A DNA stretch of 64,000 bases from an uncultured Gemmatimonadales bacterium (GCA_963708135.1 OY970192.1:2784001-2848000); one strand, 5' to 3'. Counted from the stretch's first letter, positions 1 to 10,545 are shown. Made by a program: numbers and translations. Notes: generated by a model from the sequence alone, not told the origin.

Positions 1-1257
1 TACGATGCGGCCGGCAACCGCGTGAAGGAGTACCTGTGCGCCCGCGGCAGCCTGTGCGCCGACAGCGTGCTCTTCCAGCTCGACGGCCTCTCAAACGAGG
101 TGACCCGCCGGACCCGCTACTACAGCGGCGTCTCCGGTCCGGAGAGCGTCAACTTCAGCTACGACGCGAACGGCAACGAGACGCTCGAGCAGGGCACCTA
201 CGCCGGGACCGGCTACACCTGGCACCGCTACTACGACGCCGCCGGGCACCTGTCCGGCACGGCCGCCGGCACCGCCTTCTTCCGCTACGACGGCCTGGGC
301 CGAAGGATCCGCGGCGCCTACGCACATTCGGGCGCCGAGACCTTCTACGACACCCAGAACGTGATCGAGCACGCGACGGTCGAGTTCGTGGATGGGCCCG
401 GGCTGGACGATCCGCTCCTGATGTACGGCAACAGCGCCTGCCCGCTCGGCAGCCTGAGCGACGAGCGCGCGTATTTCGTCACCCACGGCGGCCGGCTCTT
501 CAGCTTCCAGGGCCCGGGGGGCGAGAACTGCATCCAGGACACGAACGGCAACGAGCTCCAGGCCTGGAGCGTGTGGGGCTCGCAGTCGGGCGCGATCCGC
601 GAGAGCTACAGCTTCGCCCCCGCCCGCAACGGCGACTCGAACGAGGAGACCGGCGCGTTCTTCCGCAACCGGTACTACGATGCCAGATTGGGGCGGTTCA
701 CACAGGAAGACCCGATCGGGTACGCCGGCGGGCTCAACCTCTACAGCTACAACGGGGACAACCCGGCGAGCTATACGGATCCGTTTGGGCTCTGCCAGCC
801 AATGCCGCAATGCTTGCAGGCCCAGTCCCTACTCGGGGTCAGTCGGTCGCCCGGCGTCTTGCTGCCCGGCTTGGCGCGATTCGGGGCGGCGCTCCGTCAA
901 TTCGGCCGTGCCCACGGAGCCGAGCTGGCTCAAGCCGCTGCCGTGGTCCTGAGTGAGGGAATGTCCGCGGAGGGCGAGGAACTGCTATCCTCGGATAACC
1001 TGCTCGGGCGCAATCCTGTTCGCGCCGGCAACCGAATCAACACTGACCTGCCGGGCGGGCGGGCAGTGGCGAAGAGCATCTTCAGGAACCTCACAGAGGG
1101 GCAGTCGCTCATTCAGGAACCCCTGGGGAATGGTGGAGTGCGCCGCTTCTCTCCGAATGGCACCCAGATTCGTATGAACCCGGACGGCACGACTCGGCTT
1201 GACCTGCCCCGAGGGCCGCTCGGTCGAGAAACCATCCACTTCAATGACTTGTGGTGA
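1..1257 (+). CDS. Rhs/YD-repeat protein, C-terminal part, with variable toxin tip (module 1); open at window edge
   Basis: YD repeats (YDAAGNR, YDANGN, YDGLGRR); Rhs core end RNRYYDARLGRFTQEDPIGYAGGLNLYSYNGDNPASYTDPFG; ~150-aa more AT-rich tip; frame open from base 1. Confidence 0.9.
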   Translation, partial: YDAAGNRVKEYLCARGSLCADSVLFQLDGLSNEVTRRTRYYSGVSGPESVNFSYDANGNETLEQGTYAGTGYTWHRYYDAAGHLSGTAAGTAFFRYDGLGRRIRGAYAHSGAETFYDTQNVIEHATVEFVDGPGLDDPLLMYGNSACPLGSLSDERAYFVTHGGRLFSFQGPGGENCIQDTNGNELQAWSVWGSQSGAIRESYSFAPARNGDSNEETGAFFRNRYYDARLGRFTQEDPIGYAGGLNLYSYNGDNPASYTDPFGLCQPMPQCLQAQSLLGVSRSPGVLLPGLARFGAALRQFGRAHGAELAQAAAVVLSEGMSAEGEELLSSDNLLGRNPVRAGNRINTDLPGGRAVAKSIFRNLTEGQSLIQEPLGNGGVRRFSPNGTQIRMNPDGTTRLDLPRGPLGRETIHFNDLW

Positions 1258-1787
1258 TGCTGACTCACTATCTCTGCGCCGTCACCGCGTCAACGTTGGC
1301 CAACCTCGAACTGATGGCACTTGACTCGTGGAGTGCTGTTGACATGCTGAGGCCGGTTCAGCGGCCTTCTCTGGCTTCCGCGCGCACTGGCCGCGTTCGA
1401 GTTCGGGGCGGCGCAGAGTTCGTCATTACATCCGAGCCGGTTGAGTTGACGAAGAAGCTGGAAGTGTTTCGGCTCGGCGTGCGAGCACCGGACTTCTCAG
1501 CCGACAAGAGGTTTCGACCTCCGTCGTATGAGGAATCAAACGAAATGTGGAGTGCATTTCTCGGGCGACACCACCATCTTTACTTGCTGCGCCGCAGGGT
1601 CGCCGTTGATGCGCCCGCGGGGATTGGGTCTGTCGAGGTGGATGATGTTGCAATGTTTCGCGACCCGTCAGGTCAGCGCCTCTACATCGCGGCAGACACC
1701 GGGCAGCCGGGAGCAATTGTCGTATGTCGACAACCGGAGGACCTTCCGAATCCGGGTTCTGAGGTTGTGCGGATTCGCGCGCTTTAG
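1257..1787 (+). CDS. Putative immunity protein for Rhs module 1
   Basis: TGATG stop/start overlap with the toxin at 1255-1259; lower-GC codon usage like the toxin tip; no recognised family. Confidence 0.6.
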   Translation: MLTHYLCAVTASTLANLELMALDSWSAVDMLRPVQRPSLASARTGRVRVRGGAEFVITSEPVELTKKLEVFRLGVRAPDFSADKRFRPPSYEESNEMWSAFLGRHHHLYLLRRRVAVDAPAGIGSVEVDDVAMFRDPSGQRLYIAADTGQPGAIVVCRQPEDLPNPGSEVVRIRAL

Positions 1788-1802
1788 CGAGAAGAGGGCG
1801 TA

Positions 1803-1868
1803 GCCGCGAACGCTCGCGGCGATATCGCAAAACGAAGCGGCCTCGCCCAGCCGGAGCTGAGCGAGGCC
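1803..1868. terminator. Two GC-rich hairpins between Rhs modules 1 and 2
   Basis: GCCGCGA-acgc-TCGCGGC and GGCCTCGC...GCGAGGCC; no U-tract. Confidence 0.35.
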
Positions 1869-1880
1869 CTGACGGCCCGG

Positions 1881-3196
1881 GCGTATGACGTCCGGGCTCG
1901 GATCCGCTACAGGGATCTCCAGAAGAACGGCACCGTCGCCTTGTTGGACAGCCTGGTCTACGACGAGGCGGGCAACCGCGTGAAGGAGTACCTCTGCCCG
2001 CGCGGAACGATCTGCGGCGAAAGCGTGCTCTACCGGATGGATGAGTTGTCGAACGAGACGATCCGGCGGGTCCGCTACTACAGCGGCATCTCCGGCCCGC
2101 ACACCCTCGCCTTCACCTACGACGCGAACGGCAACGAGACGCTCGAGCAGGGGAACTACGCCGGGACCTCCTACGCCTGGCACCGCTACTACAGCGCAGC
2201 CGGCCAGCTCTCCGGCACTCACCCCGATACCGCCTTCTTCCGCTACGACGGTCTGGGCGCCGGATCCGCGGCGCGTACGCCCACTCGGGCGTGGAAACGT
2301 TCTACGACGGTCAGAACGTGATCGAGCACGGCACGGTCGAGTTCGTGGACGGACCCGGGCTCGACGACCCCCTCATGATGTACGGCACCGCCGCCTGCCC
2401 GCTCGGCGGGACGGACGACCGGGCGTACTTCGTGACCTTCGGCGGCCGGCTCTTCAGCTTCCAGGGTCCGGGCGGCGAGAACTGCATCGAGAACTCGTCC
2501 GGCCAGGAATACATGGCGTGGAGCACGTGGGGCTCGCAGTCGGGCGCCATCCGCGAGAGCTACAGCTTCGCCCCGGCGCGCAACGGCGACTCGAACGACG
2601 AGACCGGCGCCTTCTTCCGCAACCGCTACTACGATGCGAGATTGGGACGGTTCACGCAGGAGGACCCGATCGGCTACGCCGGCGGGCTCAACCTGTACAG
2701 CTACAACGGGGACGACCCGGCCAGCTATACCGACCCGTTTGGGCTGTGCCCCTTCACCGGCTCAGACGCATCCTGCTACCAACTGTTGGCGAACTGGGGT
2801 GCAAGCACCGGGCGAGACTGGGCGGTGAACCTGGGCGCCGGGCTCGAGGCCTTCGCCGCCATTGGGAACGCCATTGAGGGTGTGGAATGTCACAACGGAG
2901 TCTGCAGTGCCTCAGGTCCTCCTGTGGTGCCCGCGCTTGGCGCTGGCGGCGGCGCCGTTGCTGGCAAAATTACCGGGTTCACCAAGCATGGATTAGAGCA
3001 AGCAATGGGGAGAGAAGGAGTTGGTGTTTCGAACGAATCTATTATTGATGCGGTGAGAAATCCACAACGGACGATTCAGCAAGCCAAGGGCGCCGTGACA
3101 TACGTCGGTGAGAATGCTACGGTTATTCTCAACAAAGCAGGTGAGGTCATAACCGCCTGGGCGCGCAATAGCGCTGCATGGAGGATTCAGCCGTGA
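1881..3196 (+). pseudogene. Orphan Rhs module 2 (5'-truncated, frameshift ~2258) with probable RNase toxin tip
   Basis: Close paralog of the module 1 core; ORFs 1941-2321 and 2291-3196 join if 1 nt is restored (ctgggc-gc-cggatc vs ctgggc-cga-aggatc); tip ITGFTKHGLEQAMGR..GVS..IIDAVRNP..ATVILNKAGEVITAW resembles BECR-fold (colicin E5/DUF4258-like) RNases. Confidence 0.85.
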
Positions 3197-3444
3197 CACG
3201 TCGGTATGCGATGACCGATAAGTTCCTTTCCGACCTGATCGAGCAGGTGCTACGGTCGCGCCTCCAGGACCCCGTTGTACTGCTGAGCGCGTTGCGCCGG
3301 CAGCCACTCGGAGAGGACGACAGAGAGGAGATGCGAGGGGTTCTCGCCGACGAGCTGGTTGAAAACGGACTGGGCCCGGACGGTGAACCGAACGAGCGGG
3401 GAAATTTCATTGAAGCAGCTATTGACTGGCTCGGTCACCGCTAA
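3193..3444 (+). CDS. Putative immunity protein for module 2
   Basis: GTGA overlap with toxin stop (alternative ATG 3211); small acidic helical protein with LADELVENGL..DGEPNERG..IE pattern. Confidence 0.7.
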   Translation: MTRRYAMTDKFLSDLIEQVLRSRLQDPVVLLSALRRQPLGEDDREEMRGVLADELVENGLGPDGEPNERGNFIEAAIDWLGHR

Positions 3445-3493
3445 CGCGGGCCAATCACCCGCATTCGTGCACGCCCTGCGGGGAGCCCGGCCG

Positions 3494-4928
3494 GAGCTAT
3501 TGTCAAATGTTGTGGATTGGGGTGATCAGGCGGCGCTCCTCCGCCCTTCTTGATCCTCCCTCTCTTGCATGATGCCGTCGGTGAACTGGACCTCCGCCCG
3601 AACGAGGGGGAGGAGGTGGGCGCCGTCGAGGCGCCGCCACCGCTGGCTGGCCATGTCCAGGAGCTTGTAGGCGAACACCAGCCCGCGCGTTCTCGAGCCC
3701 GCTCCCTTCGTCACCCGCTGCCGGAGCCGCACGGTCGCGAAGGTGCTCTCCACCGGATTGGTGGTGCGCAGATGCTTCCAGTGTTCGGCCGGGAAGTCGA
3801 AGAAGGCCAGGAGCTGGTCCTGGTCGCGCACGAGGGACGCCACCGCCTTGGGGTACTTGGCGCCGTACTCTTCGCGGAAGCGCTCAATCTCCTCCTGGGC
3901 CGCCGCGCGGCTCTCCGCGTTCATGATCTCGCGCAGATGCGCTTTCGCTTTCGGCTGGAGCCGCTTGGGCAGCTTGTCCAGCACGTTGGCCAGCCGGTGC
4001 ACCCAGCAGCGCTGCTCCCGCGTGTCGGGCCAGACGTCGCGCGCGGCCGCCCAGAAGCCGAGCGCGCCATCCCCTACGGCCAGGACGGGAGGGCGCATGC
4101 CGCGCCTCGTCAGATCGCGCAGGAGCGCCGCCCAGCTCTCCGTCGATTCGCGGTAGCCGTCCTCGATGGCCACGAGCTCCTTGGTCCCGTCCGGGCGCAC
4201 TCCGATCACGACGAGCGCACACAGGCGGTCCTCTTCCAGCCGGATCCGGAAATGCACCCCGTCCACCCAGACGTAGACGTAGTCTCGGTCCGAGAGATCG
4301 CGCCGCCGCCAGGCCCGGTACTCCTCCTCCCAAGCTCCAGTCAGGCGGCTGATGACGCTCGGCGACAGCCCCGCTGTGGCCTCCGCTCCGAGCAGCGCCC
4401 GCAGCGCCTCCTGAAAGTCCCCGGTCGAGAGCCCGCGCAAATAGAGCACCGGCAGCACCTCCGCCACCTTGGGACTGCGCCGCATGTACGGCGGCAGGAT
4501 CTCGCTCGTGAAGCGCTGGCGCGTCCCCTCCACCACCCGTCGGTCATTCACCCGCGGCGCGGCGACCTCCACCGTCCCGGCCCCGAGCGTCACGCGTCGC
4601 GGCCGCGCCTTCCCGTTGCGCACCACGAGCGCGTGTCCCGCCTCGTCCCGCTCGCCCCGGTAGCGCTCCACGTAGGCGGCCACCTCCGCCTCCAGCGCCA
4701 CCGCCAGCATCCGCCGCGCGCCCTCACGCGCGAGCTCGTCCAGCGTGAACTCCAGCCCCCCCGCTTGCTCCGCAGGGGCGTCCATGAATAGCTTCAGCAT
4801 GGGTGGCGTCTCCTTCCCCCCGCCGGCCAGCGGGGCTTCGCGTTTCGGTGAACGAACCAACGCGGAAGGATACGCCGCCTTTTTTCACCCCATCAAGTCA
4901 CGCGATCCACAACTTCTGAAAATACCTC
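3494..4928 (-). mobile_element. Complete IS256-family insertion sequence
   Basis: Terminal IRs GAGCTATTGTCAAATGTTGTGGAT / revcomp GAGGTATTTTCAGAAGTTGTGGAT (20/24); 9-bp TSD GCCCGGCCG at 3485-3493 and 4929-4937. Confidence 0.93.
3526..4800 (-). CDS. IS256-family transposase
   Basis: Motifs YVWVDG, VGDGALGFW, QRCWVH, TTNPVES; AAGGAG RBS before ATG 4800. Confidence 0.95.
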   Translation of the reverse strand: MLKLFMDAPAEQAGGLEFTLDELAREGARRMLAVALEAEVAAYVERYRGERDEAGHALVVRNGKARPRRVTLGAGTVEVAAPRVNDRRVVEGTRQRFTSEILPPYMRRSPKVAEVLPVLYLRGLSTGDFQEALRALLGAEATAGLSPSVISRLTGAWEEEYRAWRRRDLSDRDYVYVWVDGVHFRIRLEEDRLCALVVIGVRPDGTKELVAIEDGYRESTESWAALLRDLTRRGMRPPVLAVGDGALGFWAAARDVWPDTREQRCWVHRLANVLDKLPKRLQPKAKAHLREIMNAESRAAAQEEIERFREEYGAKYPKAVASLVRDQDQLLAFFDFPAEHWKHLRTTNPVESTFATVRLRQRVTKGAGSRTRGLVFAYKLLDMASQRWRRLDGAHLLPLVRAEVQFTDGIMQEREDQEGRRSAA

Positions 4929-4956
4929 GCCCGGCCGGTTGGCCGGGCTCTTCGTA

Positions 4957-5253
4957 TCAGGAGGCGTTCATGAGGCCGCGCTTGTCGAGGAGGGCCTCGA
5001 CGAAGGTGATGATGGCGCGCTGCTCGGCGGGGGGCAGATCGGCAGCAGCGCGCAGGCGCTCGAGGAGCCGACCGGCGCGGGGACTGGCCACCTCATCGCG
5101 CACAGGCTTCAGGCCGAGGAGCTCGTCGGCGCTGACGCCGAGGGCGCGGCAGAGGTCGGGGAGCATGGGTCCCGGGGGCTGGGCGTTGTCGGCCTCGTAG
5201 TAGGCGATGACGCGCTGAGAGACGCCCACGGCCTCGCCCAGCTTTTCCTGGGA
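4957..5253 (-). pseudogene. XRE-family HTH regulator, 5'-truncated by IS21
   Basis: SQEKLGEAVGVSQRVIAYYE..PP..MLPDLCRALGVSADELLG; homology stops exactly at the IS21 end (5254). Confidence 0.85.
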
Positions 5254-6438
5254 TGTAGGAGACACCGCCAGATTGCTTCTCTGGAGACATCCAGTTTTAC
5301 GCACCTGAGTTGACGGGACCCGCCGGAGCGGGTCCACTCCGGGTCGACACCGACCCGGAGCGAACGCGTGAAACTGAGCGAGGAGCAGATCACCGTGGCG
5401 AAAGGGATGAAGGAGCGAGGGACGTCGGTCCGCCAGCTCGCGAAACAGCTCGGGGTGACGGAAGGAGCGCTTCGATACCGGCTGGCGAAGGCGAGGGAGC
5501 GGACAGCGGACGGGCGCGCGCACCAGCCCACCGCAATGGACGGCTATGAGGAAGCCGTTGTGGCGATCCAGGAGCGTCTGAACGACGGGCGGCTGAGAGA
5601 GGACTGGGGCCGGCCGTGCCAGGTGCGGGAGATCTATGACGCGCTGGTGCGAGAGCACGGTTACCGAGGCAGCTATCAGGCAGTCGTGCGCCATCTCCGG
5701 CGGCGCCATGGGAGGCCGAAGGTGCGGGCGCTGCGGCGAGTCGAGACGCCCCCGGGGGTGCAGGCGCAACACGACTGGTTCGAGGTGCGAGTGCCGATCG
5801 GCGGCAAGCGCCGGAAGGTCCAGGCGTTCGTGGGCACGCTCTCCCATAGCCGGGCGCGCCTCTGCTGGGCGAGCTGGGATCAGGGTCAGTTGGCGTGGCA
5901 TACCGGGCATCTCGAGCTGTTCCGGCGCTATTGGGGCGTCCCGCTCTGGATCCGGATCGACAATCTGAAGACCGGCGTGGCCTCCGGGGCGGGAGGGAAT
6001 GCGGTGTTGAACCGGTCCTACGAGATTTTCGCCCGCACCTGCGGTTTCGAGGTTGACCCGTGCCGGTCTCGGAAGGGATCGGACAAGGGGAAGACGGAGC
6101 GGTCGGTGCGCACGTTCCGGGGCGCGTTCGGACGTACGCTTCGGAGCGGTGCCGGCTGCCTGGAGGAGCTTCAGCACCGGTTGGACGCCGACGCAGACGC
6201 GCTCCTGGATCGGCTCGAGTGCCCGGTGACCGGCACCTCCGTCCGGGAGGCCTGGCAGGTCGAGCGGGCGTTTCTCCAGCCCATGCCCCGCATGGCCGAT
6301 CCCTTCGACGTGGTAGTGAGCCGAAAGGTCCAGCGGGACTGCCTGGTCTCCCTCGAGGGTCGGCGCTACAGCGTGCCCTTCGCGTGGGTCGGCCGCTTGG
6401 TGGAGATCTGGGGCACCCTGAATCACGTGGTTATCCCG
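5254..6438 (+). mobile_element. Partial IS21-family element (left end plus truncated istA; no istB)
   Basis: End begins TGT with internal repeats GGAGACA.., followed by istA. Confidence 0.8.
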
Positions 6439-6456
6439 TGTCACGATCGGTTGTAA
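5368..6456 (+). pseudogene. istA: IS21 transposase IstA, C-terminally truncated
   Basis: RVETPPGVQAQHDW, DNLKTGV, KGKTER, VSLEGRRYSVP motifs; ends within a second IS end. Confidence 0.88.
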
Positions 6457-6492
6457 GCTGGACAGGTGCAGCGGTGTAGAAATGGACACTCC
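6439..6492 (+). mobile_element. Solitary terminal repeat of a second IS21-type element
   Basis: TGTCACGATCGGTTGTAAGCTGGACAGG..GCGGTGTAGAAATGGACACT: TGT start plus tandem imperfect repeat, located at the istA truncation point. Confidence 0.55.
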
Positions 6493-6498
6493 CGCCTA

Positions 6499-9400
6499 CG
6501 GGTGAAGTCGAGGGCGCCGGTCCGCGTTCTCGTCGTGAACGAGAGCGCGAGCGTCCTCGGGGCCGGCTGGTCACTCGCCGGAGTTCAGCGCATCTACGCA
6601 CAGGCGGACGGCTCCGCGCTCATCGTGGATGGCGACGGCGCCGCCGAGTACTTCGCGCGCGGGTCCTGCTCCGCCACGTGTACCTACACACCGCCGCCGG
6701 GGGATTTCACAACACTGACGGGGGGGAACGGCAGCTCCTACACACGGACCGCCCCCGACGGCACCACCGCCAGCTATGATTCCAACGGCCGCCTGACGTC
6801 GGTGGCCGACCGGTTCGGAAACCAGACCATGCTCACATGGAACGGTACGACCGGAACGCTCACCTCGACGACCGATCCCGCCGGCAAGAGCATCACCTTT
6901 GCGTACACCGGCAGCGGCTCGAGCTTGCGCCTTGCCTCGATCTCGGACGCCGGCAGTCCGGCGCGCACCGCCACGGTCGCGATCGATCCGACCGCCTGGA
7001 ACATGACGGCAATTCAGGATGCCGACGGCGTGAACGCGCTTCAGGCGACGTATGATTCCACCCACCGCATGCTGCACCGGACCGACCGCCGCGGCGGTGG
7101 CTGGGGGTTCGCCTACGATGGTAGCGGTAAGATGGCCGCGGACACGGCTCCAGCGGTCGCCGTCAACGGTACGAACGTGCGGCCGGTCACGACCTTCGTC
7201 TCCGCGCTCAGTGCAGCCCTTCCCCCGGCCGGGACCGGCACGAGCTCGAGTCCCGCGCCACGCCGGGTCCCCGCGAATCTACGCGCGACCATCACGAACC
7301 CGCGCGGCTACGCCACGAGTTACGCGCTCGACCGCTTCGGAGCTCCAACACGGATCGAGGAGCCGCTCGGGCGCACGACGCAGCTCGCGCGCAATGCCGC
7401 GTCCCAGGTGACCCGGACGGTTGCGCCGTCTGGACACACGGTGAATTACACCTGGTCGGGCGCCGACCTTACTCAGGTCGCGGATGCGACGACCGGGCGC
7501 ACGATCCACGTCAGCTACACGTCGAGCTATCATGACGTCCAGCACGTCTACGGCAATACCCTGGAGGTCACGAGCTTCTTCGCCGCCTCGGGCAAGACGG
7601 TGGACAGCACGCGCGTGGGTCCCACGGGCACCAAGGCCTCGGTCGACAGCGCCTACGACAGCCGCGGGCGACCTCGTGGTCATCGATCCCGCCGGCCACC
7701 GCAGCGCGTTCACCTACGCCGCGACGGGGTTCCAGAACATGCAGCAGGGGACGATCGGTGCTCGGGTGACCAGCTACACGCCGGACGCCTATGGCCGGAT
7801 CTCGCAGCTCACCGCGCCCGACGGCGCTGTCACGACCCTCGCCTACGACGCGCTGAACCGCGTCAGCCGCAGGGTCGGCCTGACGTTCAACGACACCACG
7901 ACCTACAGCTACGACAACCTCTACCTCACCAAGGTGCGCGATGCCGCTGCGGATAGCGTGCTCTACGGCGCGAACGCCCTCGGCTGGGTGACCAGCCGGA
8001 CCGATCCGACCGGCCATGTCTCGAGCTATGGCTACGACAAGAACGGCAACCGCACCACGGCCGTGAACCGGCGGGGCCAGAGCGTGAGCTTCACCTACGA
8101 CGCGCTGGACGACCTCACGACCCGCGTGGCGGACGGGAGGACGAGCACCTTCGCGACGGACCCGCTCGGCGGCTTCGTCGCCGCGTCCAACGCGGAAAGC
8201 ACGGACACGATCTACTTCGACCCTGCCGGCCGGCCCGCGACGGCGGCCACCTGGCGCGGGGGGACACGCTACGTGCTGGCGTCGCTCTACAACAATCTCG
8301 AGGGGGTGCGGTACACGCTGAAGATGACCGCCCCGTTCACCCGGCAGATCGTCTACGGCTACGATGTGAACGAACAGCTCGACAGCCTCGTGGACCTGGC
8401 GGGAGGGCTGACCACGGTGGGCTACAACGCGGAGCTGCTGGCGGACACGTACACGCTGCCGAACGGGCTCGTAGTGACGAGGAGCTTCCCCTCCACGCAC
8501 GAGACGGCGCAGGTCACCTACAGCAACACCACCGTGAACGGCGCGCTGGGCCTCGAGCTGGGCTACAACACGGCGGGGCAGGTGGACCGGCACATGAACG
8601 TGGCGGAGGACAGCGTCCGCGCGTTCCTCCACGACAGGCTGGGCCGCCTGGCCCAGCTCAGCGACAGCGCCTACACCAGCATGACGTGCAACTTCAGCAA
8701 CGACACCGGGTTCAACAACTGCACCGGCGGCGGCGTGACGTGGAAGGGGACGACCTCGTACGCCTACGACAAGGTCGGCAACCGCACGGATTCCGGCGCG
8801 AGCGTGCAGGTGGGCGACCGCCTCACCGCCTTCGATGGCTACACGCTCGGCTACGACGCCGACGGGAACCTGACGTCGAAGAGCGGCAACGGCGTAAGCC
8901 AGACCCTCTACTGGAACAGCCTGGGCCAGCTCGACAGCGTGAACGCGAACGGCACCATGGTGAGGTTCGGCTACGACGGCCTCGGGCGGCGGGTGCGCAA
9001 GACGGTGGGCAGCACCACGACCACCGCGGTCTACGATGGGGTGAACCTGTTCATGGAGCTGGACGGCTCGGGGCAGCCGCTGCGCGAGTACACGTACTAT
9101 CCGGGCGTGGACCGGCCGCACAGCATGGTCTCCGGCGGTGCGGTGTACTACTATGCGACGGACTTCCCGGGCAACGTGCTCGGGCTGGTCAGCTCGACGA
9201 ACTCGGTGGTGAACCAGTACCGCTACAAGCCCTTCGGCAAATCGGAGCTCGCGAGCGAGGGCGTCACCAATCCGCTGCACTACGCCGCGCGCTATCTGGA
9301 CACGGAGACCGGGCTCTACTACGACCGGGCGAGGTACTACGACCCGAGTCTGGCGCGGTTCGTGAGCCAGGATCCGATCGGGCTGGCGGGCGGGATCAAC

Positions 9401-10008
9401 CCGTATGCGTACGTGGGGAACGATCCGGTGGATGCGCGCGATCCGTTCGGCGCCTGCAAGAATGGGGTTCCGACCTTCAAGTTTTCTGACGGAGGCGTCG
9501 AGATTGACGACTGCCGGCATGCACCGCCCGAGTCCTCCGCTGGACCGCCTGGTATTGGCGCACCGCGGCGTCCGGGCGGCGGAAGTACGCAGAGTCCTTG
9601 TCCGAACTGTGGGGGCGGAGACAACAAAGGGTCCCAAGCACCGACAGCGGGCCGAGCCCGACCAACCAGTGCATTGCTGACGTCGCACAACTCGGCATCA
9701 ACTTCGCCTTCACAGCGGGCGGCCTGACCATACTGACTTTTGAACGGAGTTTGTGGGCGTATCTTGGTGCAGAGACGGCATCTGAAGCGTTGCCGTTCGG
9801 TGCGCGAGCGACTGGTCTTGCCCCGGCTGTGTTCGCACGTACATACGTTCGCTCGGTGCTGCTCGGCGGGAGCAGCTTGGCAGCCGATTACGGTTGGTCG
9901 CGGGGCATGACGATCGCATACAGCGTTGCCAAGGCTACGCCGATAGTCAATCTCGCAGTCGATGCCGCCGAGACGACTACATCGTGCCTTATGAATAGCG
10001 GACACTAA
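6499..10008 (+). pseudogene. Large Rhs protein (module 3), 5'-truncated, frameshifts ~7667 and ~9630, hydrophobic C-terminal tip
   Basis: ORFs 6466-7956, 7484-9727 and 9598-10008 are contiguous Rhs-coding pieces; core end ARYYDPSLARFVSQDPIGLAGGINPYAYVGNDPVDARDPFG. Confidence 0.85.
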
Positions 10009-10027
10009 GGTAACAAAGGATGCGCTC

Positions 10028-10402
10028 GTGACTGAACGGCGTAGCCGGCTGTCGCTTCTTCTCGTCTTCCTGACGGTCGGTGGCATTGTGGGCGTTATCT
10101 ATTGGATTGCTCTGAAAGCGCAACCTGAGCACGCAGTCAGCAACTGGAGTGAGTTCCTCGAGCTTGTCCTAATGGGTTTAGCTGGAGGAGGTACTCTTTA
10201 CTTCGTCCTACCAATTCGGCGGAAGCGTGGCCCGATTTGGCCTTGTGTGGCCTGGACTGCGGTTTTCATTGTTGCTTTTGCCGTGCTTGGAATTCCTGAC
10301 ATTGCCGCCTCGCCACGGCTCGACACTGCGGCCCCGTATTTGATTTTTGCGTTAATGGCCGGGTTATCGATCGGGCTTACGGACTTCTACCTGCACCAGT
10401 AG
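10028..10402 (+). CDS. Four-TM membrane protein, putative immunity for module 3
   Basis: AAAGGA RBS; four hydrophobic stretches; directly follows the toxin tip; lower GC. Confidence 0.7.
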   Translation: MTERRSRLSLLLVFLTVGGIVGVIYWIALKAQPEHAVSNWSEFLELVLMGLAGGGTLYFVLPIRRKRGPIWPCVAWTAVFIVAFAVLGIPDIAASPRLDTAAPYLIFALMAGLSIGLTDFYLHQ

Positions 10403-10489
10403 CACGCGCCCACATGGTTCAGTGTGGCGTGCAGCGCAAGCACGACCGCAAGCATCAGAAACATCGATATGGATTCAGCTTCTTGACCG

Positions 10490-10529
10490 GGAGGGGCTGG
10501 CTCAGCAGAGAGCCAGCCCCTCCTTTTCT
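10490..10529 (+). terminator. Intrinsic terminator
   Basis: Perfect 14-bp stem GGAGGGGCTGGCTC/GAGCCAGCCCCTCC followed by TTTTCT. Confidence 0.8.
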
Positions 10530-10545
10530 CTGTTGTCCGCGTGAG

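Noticed and set aside
4957..6489. 510-aa minus-strand ORF as a long XRE protein
   Set aside because: Mostly antisense to istA; only the last ~98 codons are XRE.
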